From Candidatus Zambryskibacteria bacterium RIFOXYD1_FULL_40_13 (GTDB lineage Bacteria > Patescibacteriota > Minisyncoccia > Phycocordibacterales > DATDWN01), in the NCBI GenBank assembly GCA_001824295.1, contig MHWY01000008.1, forward strand, positions 52,261 to 116,260: a stretch of DNA of 64,000 bases. The letters are read 5' to 3'. This document shows, piece by piece, positions 10,977 through 21,515 of this stretch. The notes beneath the pieces were generated by a model, which saw only the letters and a program-made list of their open reading frames with translations, ran no database searches and had not been told where the DNA came from. Within the stretch, counting starts at the first letter, position 1. Each line of letters starts with the position of its first letter. Made by a program: the position numbers and the translations under genes.

Positions 10977-12989
10977 ATGAACAGTTATCTAGTATTCGCC
11001 TTGATTTCTTCAGTAATTGCCATTGTCTACGGTTTGCTTTTGGCAAAGTCAATCTTAAAAAAGAGCCCTGGAAACGCCAGAATGCAAGAGATTGCAAAAG
11101 CTATCCAAGAAGGTGCTGGTGCATATCTAAATAAACAGTATAAAACTATCGGCATTATCGCTGTTGTGTTATTTTTCCTAATTGGTTTTATAGATAAACT
11201 TGGCTGGGTTATGGCTCTAGGATTCCTTGTTGGAGCAATCCTTTCTGCTCTCGCCGGATATATAGGTATGAATGTATCGGTTAGAGCGAACGTCAGAACA
11301 ACAGAAGCTGCCCGAGGAGGAATAAACGAGGCACTTTCCCTAGCTTTCAAGGGAGGAACCGTTACTGGACTCCTTGTGGTGGGACTTGCCTTGCTTGGTG
11401 TAACAGCCTTTTATGCAATTTTCAAAGACATAACAGCACTTGTTGGACTTGGTTTTGGAGCATCTCTTATTTCTGTTTTTGCCAGACTGGGTGGAGGAAT
11501 TTTTACCAAGGCAGCAGATGTTGGAGCTGATCTCGTAGGTAAACTTGAAGCCAATATCCCAGAGGACGACCCAAGAAACCCAGGAGTTATTGCCGATAAT
11601 GTTGGTGATAATGTCGGAGACTGTGCTGGTATGGCCGCAGACCTTTTTGAAACTTATGCCGTTACATCAGTTGCTACTATGCTTCTTGGTTCTCTTCTCT
11701 TCGCAGGTTTTGAAAACGCAGTTATCTATCCCCTAGCTATCGGAGGGATGGCAATATTTGCTTCTATAATAGGAACTTGGTTTGTTAAGCTTGGAAAATC
11801 TGGAAACATCATGGGCGCACTATATAAGGGCCTTATCGCTTCGGGTGTTATTGCTGGAGTAGCTTTCTACCCAATCACAAAAATGCTTATGGCTGATAAT
11901 GGTTTATTTTCAACAATGGACCTATTTATCTGTTCTCTCGTTGGTCTAGTTGTAACAGGAGCACTTGTGGTTATTACAGAGTACTTCACATCAACAAAAT
12001 ACTCACCAGTACAATCAATAGCCAAGGCTTCTGTTTCCGGTCACGGTACAAACGTCATCCAGGGTTTGGCCATCTCAATGAAATCAACAGCTTGGCCATT
12101 AATCACAATAGTTTTAGGAATTTTGGTTAGTTATCACTATGGCGGTCTTTATGGAATTGCCGTTGCTGCTATGTCTATGCTTTCGATGACAGGAATCATC
12201 GTTGCCATAGATGCTTACGGCCCGATTACGGATAATGCTGGTGGTATTGCAGAAATGGCAGAACTTCCAAAAGAAGTTCGAGATATTACCGACCCACTTG
12301 ATGCGGTTGGAAACACAACAAAAGCGGTGACAAAGGGGTACGCCATAGGTTCAGCAGGCCTAGCTTCTCTTGTTCTCTTTGCCTCATATACAGAAGAAAT
12401 CGTTAAGGCTGGAAAAAGTATTTCATTTGACCTAAGTAATCCCTACGTTATTGTTGGGCTGTTCCTAGGAGGTCTCTTGCCTTACTACTTCGGTGCACTA
12501 TGTATGGAAGCGGTAGGAAAAACAGCAGGAAAAGTCGTGGAAGAAATTCGCAGACAGTTTAGAGAGATAAAAGGTATTATGGAAGGTACAGCTAAGCCAG
12601 ACTATGCAAAAGCAGTTTCAATTATTACCGGTGCGGCCATAAAACAAATGATTCTTCCGGCCTTAATTCCTGTTTTGGCACCAATTCTAGTAATGGTAAT
12701 TTTTGGAAAAGATAATGGCCTTGTTGTACTTGGTGGCTTGCTAGTTGGTTCTATTATCACAGGACTATTTGTGGCAATATCAATGACTTCTGGTGGTGGA
12801 GCATGGGATAATGCCAAAAAACACATTGAGCAAGGCAACCACGGTGGAAAAGGAAGTGATGCTCACAAAGCAGCTGTTACTGGAGACACCGTTGGTGACC
12901 CATACAAGGATACAGCCGGTCCAGCCATGAATCCAATGATAAAAATACTAAACATCGTTGCCTTGATTATCGTTGCATTGATGCTTTAA
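10977..12989 (+). CDS. hppA: Membrane-bound ion-translocating pyrophosphatase (V-PPase)
   Basis: 670 aa, many TM helices; motifs [19 protein letters not shown] and GGAWDNAKK. Confidence 0.9.
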   Translation: MNSYLVFALISSVIAIVYGLLLAKSILKKSPGNARMQEIAKAIQEGAGAYLNKQYKTIGIIAVVLFFLIGFIDKLGWVMALGFLVGAILSALAGYIGMNVSVRANVRTTEAARGGINEALSLAFKGGTVTGLLVVGLALLGVTAFYAIFKDITALVGLGFGASLISVFARLGGGIFTKAADVGADLVGKLEANIPEDDPRNPGVIADNVGDNVGDCAGMAADLFETYAVTSVATMLLGSLLFAGFENAVIYPLAIGGMAIFASIIGTWFVKLGKSGNIMGALYKGLIASGVIAGVAFYPITKMLMADNGLFSTMDLFICSLVGLVVTGALVVITEYFTSTKYSPVQSIAKASVSGHGTNVIQGLAISMKSTAWPLITIVLGILVSYHYGGLYGIAVAAMSMLSMTGIIVAIDAYGPITDNAGGIAEMAELPKEVRDITDPLDAVGNTTKAVTKGYAIGSAGLASLVLFASYTEEIVKAGKSISFDLSNPYVIVGLFLGGLLPYYFGALCMEAVGKTAGKVVEEIRRQFREIKGIMEGTAKPDYAKAVSIITGAAIKQMILPALIPVLAPILVMVIFGKDNGLVVLGGLLVGSIITGLFVAISMTSGGGAWDNAKKHIEQGNHGGKGSDAHKAAVTGDTVGDPYKDTAGPAMNPMIKILNIVALIIVALML

Positions 12990-13091
12990 CTCCTGACATT
13001 TTCAAACAAATGACAAGTAAAAGACTCGGTTGCTATCCGAGTTTTTTACTATATAATTAATCTGATACAGATTACAATTAATCTAATCAAA

Positions 13092-13751
13092 ATGAATAAA
13101 ATTACATCAAATGTATTAATAGCCCTTATCCTTCTTCTTGGTTTTACAGCAGTTGTTTCTGCAGAAAATAGAAACCCATCTACAGGTGGGGTCATGTGCA
13201 CACAAGAAGCAAAACAGTGTCCGGATGGTTCTTATGTTGGCAGAACAGGACCCAGGTGTGAATTCGCAAAATGTCCGGGTTACGATGTAAACAGCCCAAG
13301 ACCACTACAAGATACGAGAGTAACACCAGAAAACAGAATCCAAAATAGAGTTGCAAGTTCCACAGCAAACAGACTTGAGAAAAGATTTGAGAAAATGACA
13401 AAAAGATATTTGTCCACGATTGAAAGAGAAGAAAAAATTACAAGCAAACTGGTTTCAAGAATAGAAAAAATAAAGTTAAATGGAGGAAATACCACTGAAG
13501 CAGAAAGGTTGGTGACAGAGGCAAAAACCCACCTAAGAGACGCAAGGGTTGCATACGAAATTCTAAAAACTTCATCTATAAAAGCAGACAGTGCAACCAC
13601 CACACAGAGAGAGACAATGAACGAAATGAGAAATTCTGTTAAAGTTATTGAAACTCACTTAAAAGAAGCTCACAAACTATTACAAAAAACGGTGGGGGTA
13701 TTGAGAGGAGTATCCCAGTTGCGCAACGCCACATCTACAAATGAAAACTAA
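13092..13751 (+). CDS. Hypothetical secreted protein (signal peptide, Cys-rich N-terminus, coiled-coil C-terminus)
   Basis: 219 aa; signal peptide then CTQEAKQCPDGSYVGRTGPRCEFAKCPG. Confidence 0.4.
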   Translation: MNKITSNVLIALILLLGFTAVVSAENRNPSTGGVMCTQEAKQCPDGSYVGRTGPRCEFAKCPGYDVNSPRPLQDTRVTPENRIQNRVASSTANRLEKRFEKMTKRYLSTIEREEKITSKLVSRIEKIKLNGGNTTEAERLVTEAKTHLRDARVAYEILKTSSIKADSATTTQRETMNEMRNSVKVIETHLKEAHKLLQKTVGVLRGVSQLRNATSTNEN

Positions 13752-13772
13752 TTATTAATCTAATAAACAATT

Positions 13773-14057
13773 ATGGAAGAAAATAAATCATCAGTAGGTT
13801 CAATCATCGGAACAATTATAATAATCGCCATAATTATTCTTGGTGGATTATATTTCTGGGGAAAAAGGATAGAAGAAAACAAAGCCAAAGAAAATCTGAT
13901 TACAACCTTTAGTGAACCAAGTACCAATAGCTCGGAAGCAAACGCCATCTCAAGCGTTACTGCTGAGGATGATTTAAATTCCATAGAAGCAGACCTAAAC
14001 GCAACAAACTTTGATAACCTGGATGCAGAGTTGAACTCAGAAGCAGAACTAGAATAG
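13773..14057 (+). CDS. Hypothetical small membrane protein
   Basis: 94 aa; single TM IIGTIIIIAIIILGGLYFW; acidic C-terminus. Confidence 0.35.
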   Translation: MEENKSSVGSIIGTIIIIAIIILGGLYFWGKRIEENKAKENLITTFSEPSTNSSEANAISSVTAEDDLNSIEADLNATNFDNLDAELNSEAELE

Positions 14058-14077
14058 TGTTTAGAATAGAGTCTGAA

Positions 14078-14106
14078 CAAAAACCACCATCTTGGTGGTT
14101 TTTGTG
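14078..14106 (+). terminator. Rho-independent terminator hairpin
   Basis: aaaaccaccatcttggtggtttttgtg; lies inside the 5' end of the annotated 14057 ORF, so the real tig start is downstream. Confidence 0.6.
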
Positions 14107-14152
14107 TTTCTGCTTGCAAAGAACGAACCCACAATATAGACTAGAAATCATC

Positions 14153-15226
14153 ATGACAACACAAAAAAACTACACCAATATTAAAATAACTTCTCTACCA
14201 GACAGAGAGCTAGAAATTCTTGGCACTATTGTTGCCGAAAAAATGACCCTAATGAGAGAGAAGGCCCTGGCTAAAATAAAACAAGACTTAGAACTACCAG
14301 GATTCAGAAAAGGCAATGCCCCAGATACTCTGGTTGCTCAAAAAGTGGGCGAAGGAAGACTTCTAGAAGAGGCGGCAGAAATTGCTCTTTCTGAGGAATA
14401 TCCCAACATACTAGGCGAACACAAAATAGATGCCATCGGTCGACCAGAAATAACCATAACCAAGATTGGTCTAGGTAGCACTCTCGAATTCAAAATCAAA
14501 ACCGCCTTGATGCCAGAAGTAAAACTAGCTGACTACAAAAAATTAGCAAAAAACCAGAACTCAAAGGAAACTAAAACCCCAGAGGTCACAGACAAGGAAA
14601 TAAATGATGTGATAGACAACATCAGAAAAAACATAGCTCATCAAAAAATGCATGCTGAAAGTGGAGAAGATGAACACACACACAACCATGCAGAGATAAA
14701 AGACGAAGATTTACCCGCCGTAGATAATGAATTCGCAAAAATGATTGGTGGTTTCAAAGATGTTCTCGATATGAGAGAGAAAGTAAAGGAAAATATCGCT
14801 CTAGAAAAAAGAATGAAGGAAAAAGATAAGAAAAGAACCGAGACACTTGAAGGAATCATGGGCGAATCAACTATTGAACTCCCAAAAATAATAGTTGATG
14901 GTGAAATGGAAAAAATGCTGGCTCAGTTTAAAGATGACATCGCCAGGGCTGGTGTAACCTATGAAGACTACCTGAAACACATAAAAAAGACTGAGGACGA
15001 CCTCAAGCTTGAGTGGAAAGACGTAGCTGTGAAACGAGCAAAATCACAAATCATATTAAATAACATAGCCAAAGCAGAGGGTCTTACTCCAAAAGAGGAG
15101 GATGTGAAGAAGGAAATGGAGCATATTCTTTCGCAATACAAAGATGCAGAACGTTTCCGAGTCAGAATGTATGTGGAGACCTTCCTCACCAACGAATTAG
15201 TATTTCAGTTTTTGGAAAATCAATAA
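14153..15226 (+). CDS. tig: Trigger factor (ribosome-associated chaperone/PPIase), short form
   Basis: GFRKGNAPD matches the TF signature GFRxGxxP. Start placed at the internal Met (MTTQKN) because a terminator occupies the first 50 nt of the longer ORF. Confidence 0.7.
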   Translation: MTTQKNYTNIKITSLPDRELEILGTIVAEKMTLMREKALAKIKQDLELPGFRKGNAPDTLVAQKVGEGRLLEEAAEIALSEEYPNILGEHKIDAIGRPEITITKIGLGSTLEFKIKTALMPEVKLADYKKLAKNQNSKETKTPEVTDKEINDVIDNIRKNIAHQKMHAESGEDEHTHNHAEIKDEDLPAVDNEFAKMIGGFKDVLDMREKVKENIALEKRMKEKDKKRTETLEGIMGESTIELPKIIVDGEMEKMLAQFKDDIARAGVTYEDYLKHIKKTEDDLKLEWKDVAVKRAKSQIILNNIAKAEGLTPKEEDVKKEMEHILSQYKDAERFRVRMYVETFLTNELVFQFLENQ

Positions 15227-15355
15227 AATCATTTCATCTGCGTTGTTGCAGTTCAATTTTGTTCATTCACTGTACATCTAGTACGGCTCACTCACAAAAT
15301 CTCCTGCGCCTAGCATCTGAAGTGATTTTATTGATTTTCAAAACTACAGGAATAA

Positions 15356-15385
15356 CAAAAAAGAGGCCTAACGGCCTCTTTTTTC
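15356..15385. terminator. Bidirectional rho-independent terminator between tig and the zinc-ribbon gene
   Basis: aaaaaagaggcctaacggcctcttttttc. Confidence 0.7.
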
Positions 15386-15388
15386 TTT

Positions 15389-15550
15389 CTATGCTTCTGG
15401 AGTTACTTCCGGTACTACTTCTGGTGTTACCTCTGGTGCTGGTGCTGGTGCTGGTGCTGGTTCTGCTACTGGTGCGCCACACTGTGGACATACCCCATTA
15501 ACCACGGCAACATTGCATGTCGGACACATTACTTCGTTTGTTGGTTCCAT
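15389..15550 (-). CDS. Small zinc-ribbon protein with Pro-Ala/Pro-Glu-Val repeat tail
   Basis: Manual translation: MEPTNEVMCPTCNVAVVNGVCPQCGAPVAEPAPAPAPAPEVTPEVVPEVTPEA. Two CxxC pairs; (GCACCA)x4 nucleotide repeat at 15438-15466; followed by a terminator. Not listed in the ORF track. Confidence 0.5.
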   Translation of the reverse strand: MEPTNEVMCPTCNVAVVNGVCPQCGAPVAEPAPAPAPAPEVTPEVVPEVTPEA

Positions 15551-15707
15551 AATTATTATTGTAGTTAGACTAATAAACGGGTTCGACTAACTAATCATGG
15601 CACAAATCGGTCCATAAGTACATGAGTGTGGGTGTGTTGACTGTGGATTTGGACCGTTAAAACGATATGATATAATTATGTTTCAATTATTAGCTTAATA
15701 ATAAAAA

Positions 15708-16583
15708 ATGAATCATAAAACATATTATATTTTAGTAGCGGTTTTACTTTTTGGTTTTACTGTTAATGCTAGTGCAATAGGCCTAGCGTACAGTGGAACA
15801 ATAAACGTAAATGGTATTGAGGTTGATGTTAAGGATATTGACCCAGATAAGATACAGTCGGTTGAAGTAAACGCTGCTGGTCAAGTAACTGGAGTGAGAG
15901 CAGATACAGGCGGTGTATCTGGAACTGTAAACGTTAATGGTACAATTGTAAGAGTTGATGATGTAGGTAGTGTTGATACAACAAAGTCTGTTAATGTAGC
16001 AACACCAGCGGGAACTGTTTCTATCCAGAGAAATGGCGGTGATGTTCTTATGGTGAGAAATAGTGCTGGAGAAAGTGTTAACTTGGACTTGAAGGCGGGT
16101 GGATTAAAACTCCAGGTTGAGTCTGGTAAAGTTGATGCGAATGTTAAGTCAGCTATTATTGACCTTTCTGGAGACTCAAAGCTACTTATTAAGACAGATG
16201 AGGACCTAAACACATATAATAGTATCGTTATAGAGAAAAGACCAAGTGTTCTTAATATAAATACCGAGGAAGGAAGGGTTATGGTTAGGTATAAACAACC
16301 AGCGAGGTTCCTTGGTATATTTGGTACAAACCTTGGAGCAACTGTTACAGTAAACGAAAGTGATGACAATGTAGATATAAAACTTCCTTGGTATAGCTTC
16401 TTATTTACGAAAAACACTGGAGATGTAAAAACGGCCATATCAGCTGGCGTAAAAAGTGAAGGTAACTCTTCAGTAGTTGTTACTGGAGCAAGCGCAGAGA
16501 CAAGCGCTTCTGTTAAGGTCCAGAAACAGGCAGGTGTGGTGAATGTAGTAACATCAGCAATTAACCTTCAGGTTTCAAGATAA
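15708..16583 (+). CDS. Hypothetical secreted repeat protein (signal peptide; VNVNGT / Val-Asn-Gly-Thr-rich repeats)
   Basis: 291 aa; N-terminal signal peptide; internal repeats GTINVNGIEVDV / GTVNVNGTIVRVDDV. Confidence 0.4.
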   Translation: MNHKTYYILVAVLLFGFTVNASAIGLAYSGTINVNGIEVDVKDIDPDKIQSVEVNAAGQVTGVRADTGGVSGTVNVNGTIVRVDDVGSVDTTKSVNVATPAGTVSIQRNGGDVLMVRNSAGESVNLDLKAGGLKLQVESGKVDANVKSAIIDLSGDSKLLIKTDEDLNTYNSIVIEKRPSVLNINTEEGRVMVRYKQPARFLGIFGTNLGATVTVNESDDNVDIKLPWYSFLFTKNTGDVKTAISAGVKSEGNSSVVVTGASAETSASVKVQKQAGVVNVVTSAINLQVSR

Positions 16584-16605
16584 CCAATTCTTAATATCAA
16601 AACTT

Positions 16606-16632
16606 AAAAACACCCAGGAGGGTGTTTTTAAG
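16606..16632. terminator. Bidirectional terminator hairpin
   Basis: aaaaacacccaggagggtgtttttaag between convergent genes. Confidence 0.7.
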
Positions 16633-17340
16633 TTACCCAAGTAGAAGCACACTCGACACAGCAATCCCCGCCGTCTCGGCACGGAGGATTTGAGTACCAA
16701 GGGAGATGATTGGAATGTTATATGATTTGAAAAGAGATATTTCTTTATCACTAAATCCTCCTTCTGGTCCAACAAATGTAGCAAATGACACAGCGTTTGT
16801 ACTATCTCTGTATTGTTTGAAAGAGATTCCGTCAGGGTGAAAAGCTATTTTTTCTTGTGGCAGGTTACCACTCGACAAAATATCTCCGAGCTTCATTATT
16901 TCATGAATAACAGGAATATCTCCCCTACCGGACTGCTCTGATGCTTCAACCGCTATTTTCTGCATCCTATCCATATTTAATTTTCTTTTCTCTGAGTGTT
17001 CACATATTACTGGCACAATATGATTTACTCCAAGCTCTGTAGCCTTCTGCACAACAAGCTCCAGGTTGTCCTTTTTTATAAGTGCCACACACAACCAGAT
17101 GTTTTTTCGAAGTGATGCATCTGACGTCTTTATTTTCTTAACCACAGAAACAGTCGCGCCTAAATTGCGTAGAGAGGTAATAACACAAAGGTAGTCAGTC
17201 CCAGAACCGTCAAACAAAATCACCTGGGAGCCCACATTATAGCGAAAAACACTTCTCCATTGGTGAACAAGCTCCCTATCTGTTATATCGAAATTGTCCG
17301 AAGATATTGGGGATTTTTGATAAAATCGATGGAATCTCAT
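16633..17340 (-). CDS. rsmE: 16S rRNA (uracil1498-N3)-methyltransferase RsmE
   Basis: MRFHRFY start, GPEGGFSDKEI...LGTQILRAETAGIAVSSVLL C-terminal SPOUT knot motifs; start moved to the internal Met of the longer ORF. Confidence 0.7.
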   Translation of the reverse strand: MRFHRFYQKSPISSDNFDITDRELVHQWRSVFRYNVGSQVILFDGSGTDYLCVITSLRNLGATVSVVKKIKTSDASLRKNIWLCVALIKKDNLELVVQKATELGVNHIVPVICEHSEKRKLNMDRMQKIAVEASEQSGRGDIPVIHEIMKLGDILSSGNLPQEKIAFHPDGISFKQYRDSTNAVSFATFVGPEGGFSDKEISLFKSYNIPIISLGTQILRAETAGIAVSSVLLLG

Positions 17341-17427
17341 AGCAGATAGATTGTACCAAACTTGACATTTTTTGTCATTGTTGCAAATATGTTTTGTGGA
17401 TAGTCCATCCAACAAGGAGAAGCCCAC

Positions 17428-17784
17428 ATGCCAGTAGTAAAAGTCTGGTGTCTTCCGGCGGATATTTCAGAAGACACTCTGCGAGCAATCCACAAGAGCA
17501 TCGTCGCGGCCACCATGTCCGTGGAAGAGTTTGGGGTCACAGACGAGAAGTCAATGACCACACTGTTCCCAAAGGACATGATGACCTATGGTCTCGGGAC
17601 TGAGATCATCATCGAGGTCCTCTCGAGAAGGTCCGCCAAGGTTCGGCCGGTAACGAGAGATCGATTGGCTGCGATCTTGGTGTCGGCTGTGTGTCCGTTC
17701 TTCCCTGATGCAATGGTGGAATGCCTCATTCTCCCATTTCGCGAGGAAGACGGCTTCTTTCACCTGGCAGGAACAAGGTCTTGA
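17428..17784 (+). CDS. GC-rich small protein, possibly tautomerase-superfamily-like (starts Met-Pro)
   Basis: 118 aa; ~52% GC versus ~38% in flanks; strong SD AAGGAG 8 nt upstream; own terminator at 17812-17846. The MPVVKVW N-terminus is reminiscent of Pro1 tautomerases; this is a weak assignment. Confidence 0.35.
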   Translation: MPVVKVWCLPADISEDTLRAIHKSIVAATMSVEEFGVTDEKSMTTLFPKDMMTYGLGTEIIIEVLSRRSAKVRPVTRDRLAAILVSAVCPFFPDAMVECLILPFREEDGFFHLAGTRS

Positions 17785-17958
17785 GATCTTGCCACGCAAC
17801 CCGCCCGTCACGGAGACCGCCCTGTCTCCCAGACGAGGCGGTTTTCCATATCAAATTTTACTATTTTTCACTTTCTGCTATACTGCAAACGAGTCTAAGG
17901 TCTACAAAGTCAAAGTCCCCAAAGTTGGTTTTAACTTTATAAACTTTCAACTAAAATT

Positions 17959-18528
17959 ATGTTAATACCAACAGTCATAGAAAAATCCCAATTCGGCGAG
18001 CGAGCATACGACATATACTCGAGACTTTTGCGTGAAAACATCATTTTCCTTGGTGGAGAAATAGATGACGACACAGCAAATATCGTCATCGCTCAGATGC
18101 TTTTCCTTCAATCAGAGGACTCAAAGAAAGACATTTCGCTTTACATAAACTCCCCTGGCGGATACATACACTCTGGATTAGCTATTCTAGACACAATGAA
18201 TCACATCAAAAATGATGTTTCAACCGTTTGTGTTGGCATCGCTGCCTCAATGGCTTCCGTCATACTATCGGCTGGTAAAAAAGGCAAAAGATTTATCTTA
18301 CCAAATGCAGAGGTCATGATTCACCAGCCTCACGGCGGAGCACAAGGGCAAGCAAGTGATATTGAAATATCTGCAAGACATATACTTAAGTCTAGAGAAA
18401 CCCTAAACAAAATGTTGGCCAAGAATACAGGCAAACCACTATCTCAAATAGAAAAGGATGTAGACCGAGATTTCTTTATGACCGCTGAGGAGGCTAAAAA
18501 ATACGGGATTGTTGACAAAATCTTGTAA
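17959..18528 (+). CDS. clpP: ATP-dependent Clp protease proteolytic subunit
   Basis: 189 aa; [15 protein letters not shown] (Ser), MIHQP (His) catalytic motifs. Confidence 0.95.
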   Translation: MLIPTVIEKSQFGERAYDIYSRLLRENIIFLGGEIDDDTANIVIAQMLFLQSEDSKKDISLYINSPGGYIHSGLAILDTMNHIKNDVSTVCVGIAASMASVILSAGKKGKRFILPNAEVMIHQPHGGAQGQASDIEISARHILKSRETLNKMLAKNTGKPLSQIEKDVDRDFFMTAEEAKKYGIVDKIL

Positions 18529-18748
18529 AAATCGCCACTTTTGACTTTTTTGCGGTTTTCTTATACAATACAGACATTATTTATTTTAATTAAATAACTG
18601 ATTGTTTTCGTTTTTCTGATATATTTCTGTTCAAATTCGGATTACTTAACAAATTTTAGAGATAAAAACTTATTGCATGACTCATACTGATTACACATTG
18701 AATAAACTCTATATTTAGAAGAGCGAGAGCGGCTGTTATCCGCAAAAC

Positions 18749-20278
18749 ATGTCATTAAAAATAGTATTGCTGTTCGTCAGCATTGCATCACTTATATCAA
18801 TAGTGATTGGATACTATTTGCGTCTCATTGTTTCTTTGGGTCAGAAGGGTTCTATGGAGCTTGACCTAAAGAAAATGATGCTGGAAGCAAAGGATAAGGA
18901 GAAAGCAATCATTGATGAAGCAGAGAAAAAAGCTGAGGAGTTTTTGAAAAACGCAAGACAGGAGATAAAACAAAAAGAGGAAGATGCAAAGAAAACAGAA
19001 GAAAGACTTATCAAAAAAGATGAGCTTCTTTTGAATAGACAAACAGAGATTGATAAAGAGGTTGAGGAAATAAAAAAGAGAATTGAGGAAATAAAGTCTA
19101 TTAGAGAAAAAACCGAGCAAATTGAAGGCCAAAAGAAGGAGGAGCTCATAAAAATCGCCAAACTTACTCCAGAAGAAGCAAAACAAGAAATTCTAAAAAC
19201 CGTAGAGAAAGAAAGCGAGGAAGATATTTTGGTTAGAATGAAAAAGTTGGAAATAGACGGCGAGGAGAGATTAGAGGAAAAAGCAAAAGAAATTTTGACC
19301 ACATCTATTCAAAGATTGTCCAACTCTGTATCGTCAGACATGCTTACAACCCATGTGACTATTCCCAATGATGAGATTAAAGGAAAAATTATTGGAAAGG
19401 AAGGTAGAAACATAAAATCATTTGAAAGATGTACTGGGGTTGAAGTCATAGTAGACGATACTCCGGGCTCTATCACTATTTCTTCGTTTGATCCAGTTCG
19501 CAGACAAATCGCCAAGAGTGCTCTAGAGAAACTTATTGCTGATGGCCGTATCCAGCCAGCAAAAATTGAGGAGATGGTTCAGAAAGCCGAACAAGAAATT
19601 GCAAAAATAATAAAAGATAAGGGTGAAGAAGCTGTGTATGAAACGGGCGTTTTGGGTCTTGATTCAAGAATAGTTTCCATCCTTGGTAGACTACACTTCC
19701 GAACAAGTTATGGACAAAATGTCTTGGCTCACTCTGTTGAGATGGCCCACATTGCTGGAATGCTTGCGGAAGAAATCGGAGCAAATGTTCAAGTGGCGAA
19801 AGCAGGGGCTTTGGTACACGATATAGGCAAAGCCTTAGACCATGAGGTAGTGGGTACACACATTGAGATTGGAAGGAGAATTCTCCAGAAGTTTGGTGCG
19901 GATGAGGCCATAATCAAGGCAATGCAGGCACATCATGAGGAATACCCTTACGAAACATTAGAATCAATGATTGTTCAGTCAGCAGATGCCATATCTGGGG
20001 GTCGCCCAGGTGCCAGAAGAGACAGCGTAGAAAACTACTTGAAACGACTAAAGGAGTTGGAGGCCGTAGCAAGCTCATTTAAGGGGGTTGAGAAATCATA
20101 TGCCTTGCAGGCTGGGCGCGAAATAAGAATATTCGTCACACCAAGCGAGGTTACAGACCTAGAAGCAAAGAAAATGGCTAGAGATATAGCTGTAAAGATA
20201 GAAAGCGAGCTTAAATATCCAGGAGAAATCAAGGTAACCATTATCCGTGAGTCGAGAACTATCGAGTTTGCAAGGTAA
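18749..20278 (+). CDS. rny: Ribonuclease Y
   Basis: 509 aa; N-terminal TM, Lys/Glu-rich coiled coil, KH domain (IGKEGRNIKSFE), HD domain (HSVEMAHIAG...HDIGKA). Confidence 0.9.
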   Translation: MSLKIVLLFVSIASLISIVIGYYLRLIVSLGQKGSMELDLKKMMLEAKDKEKAIIDEAEKKAEEFLKNARQEIKQKEEDAKKTEERLIKKDELLLNRQTEIDKEVEEIKKRIEEIKSIREKTEQIEGQKKEELIKIAKLTPEEAKQEILKTVEKESEEDILVRMKKLEIDGEERLEEKAKEILTTSIQRLSNSVSSDMLTTHVTIPNDEIKGKIIGKEGRNIKSFERCTGVEVIVDDTPGSITISSFDPVRRQIAKSALEKLIADGRIQPAKIEEMVQKAEQEIAKIIKDKGEEAVYETGVLGLDSRIVSILGRLHFRTSYGQNVLAHSVEMAHIAGMLAEEIGANVQVAKAGALVHDIGKALDHEVVGTHIEIGRRILQKFGADEAIIKAMQAHHEEYPYETLESMIVQSADAISGGRPGARRDSVENYLKRLKELEAVASSFKGVEKSYALQAGREIRIFVTPSEVTDLEAKKMARDIAVKIESELKYPGEIKVTIIRESRTIEFAR

Positions 20279-20313
20279 AAACCCTCTCAAAACCTGTTTT
20301 CTAAGACACGCAT

Positions 20314-20335
20314 AAAGCCCTGTTGGGCTTTTGCT
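20314..20335 (+). terminator. Rho-independent terminator of rny
   Basis: aaagccctgttgggcttttgct. Confidence 0.7.
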
Positions 20336-20701
20336 ATGCTCGGAAATCAAGAAAATAATCTTCCTCAATGCTTTCCTTACAGGAACAGTACACCTTTCAC
20401 ACCTGATTATAGGTGTTCAAGGTTTTACGAAGTCGTAATACGACTTCTCACCCTTTCGCAAACTCGTCGCGGGTTACCGCTCCTCAAACAGTGCTTCGGG
20501 CTGGCGCATTTTGTCGTTATTTTCTAATTTCCTGTGCAATGTCTCAGAAAACAAGTTTTTCGTTCTAACGAGAATGAAATTTTTAGATTGTTTACACAAC
20601 TATTTTAATCCACAGTCAATATGTTGCTTTAAAAAAGCGTTGGTATATAATGTTCTTATAGTAGATAGTAAAAAATTATTAGGTAATTATTAAAATCAAA
20701 T

Positions 20702-20974
20702 ATGAATAAAGCATCAATCGTAGAGGCAGTGCACGAAAAACTTGGTGGCACAAAGGTCCAAGCAGAAGAGGTTGTTGATTTAGTTATTGATTCTATCGTT
20801 GGTACACTAAAGAAAGGTGGCGAAGTTTCAATCGCTGGTCTTGGAATCTTTTCAACAAAGACTCGAGCAGCAAGACAAGCTCGAAATCCACGAACAGGAG
20901 AGTCTATTTCTGTTCCATCAATGAAAGTTCCAAAGTTTCGTGCAGCAAAGGCTCTTAAAGAAGCTGTAAAATAG
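20702..20974 (+). CDS. hup: DNA-binding protein HU
   Basis: 90 aa; GLGIFSTKTRAARQARNPRTGESISVP beta-arm motif. Confidence 0.9.
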   Translation: MNKASIVEAVHEKLGGTKVQAEEVVDLVIDSIVGTLKKGGEVSIAGLGIFSTKTRAARQARNPRTGESISVPSMKVPKFRAAKALKEAVK

Positions 20975-21013
20975 TCGCTTGATTTAAATTTTTAAAAAAT
21001 TTTATTTGCGCAA

Positions 21014-21042
21014 TCAAAAAACCACCTCTTGGTGGTTTTTTG
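21014..21042 (+). terminator. Rho-independent terminator of hup
   Basis: caaaaaaccacctcttggtggttttttga. Confidence 0.75.
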
Positions 21043-21063
21043 ATTATGTGTAGTTATATATAC

Positions 21064-21387
21064 TTAAACCAACCTAAACGATATTATTTTCACTAATGTA
21101 TCTAACGTAACCTTCTCACCATAATATTCTTTGTAGTGTTTGAGCATATCTTCTTTATCTATAAATTTTTCATGCCCAGTATAATCTTGCTCTGTAACGT
21201 CACCCAATTTCTTTTCTGTTACATTAAGAATTATAGCCTTTGCAAATTCTACTAATGTTTCCTTCACAATCAAAACGAGCTCATCACCTACCTGCAAATT
21301 TTTGTCGTCAAAAAGTCTCCAGGTTACTGTTTTTTCTCCTTTTAAAACAAGCTCGGCTAAATTACTTCTAAACTTAAGTGTTTTCAT
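21064..21387 (-). CDS. ASCH-domain (PUA-like) protein
   Basis: 107 aa; small beta-barrel-type sequence with KTVTWRL and the length typical of ASCH; assigned by resemblance only. Confidence 0.4.
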   Translation of the reverse strand: MKTLKFRSNLAELVLKGEKTVTWRLFDDKNLQVGDELVLIVKETLVEFAKAIILNVTEKKLGDVTEQDYTGHEKFIDKEDMLKHYKEYYGEKVTLDTLVKIISFRLV

Positions 21388-21388
21388 G

Positions 21389-21459
21389 TGCGGGATACCG
21401 GAGTCGAACCGGTCACCACAGTTTGGAAAACTGTTATTTTACCGATAAACTAATCCCGC
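21389..21459 (-). tRNA. tRNA-Gly (anticodon UCC)
   Basis: Reverse complement GCGGGATTAGTTTATCGGTAAAATAACAGTTTTCCAAACTGTGGTGACCGGTTCGACTCCGGTATCCCGCA folds as a cloverleaf; anticodon stem ACAGT/ACTGT, loop TTTCCAA; T-loop TTCGACT; CCA not encoded. Confidence 0.85.
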
Positions 21460-21515
21460 AATGAGATTATACTAGCAGAAAAAACACATGTAGGCAAAAA
21501 TGTTATAATTCACCC

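Noticed and set aside
14057-14152. Long start (14057) for trigger factor
   Set aside because: The first 32 codons include a textbook terminator hairpin and a hydrophobic read-through of the preceding gene's 3' region; an internal Met gives a conventional TF N-terminus.
18841-19302. Minus-strand ORFs inside rny (153 aa and 106 aa, Ser/Phe-rich)
   Set aside because: They are antisense to the Lys/Glu-rich coiled-coil region of RNase Y; this is a low-complexity mirror artefact.
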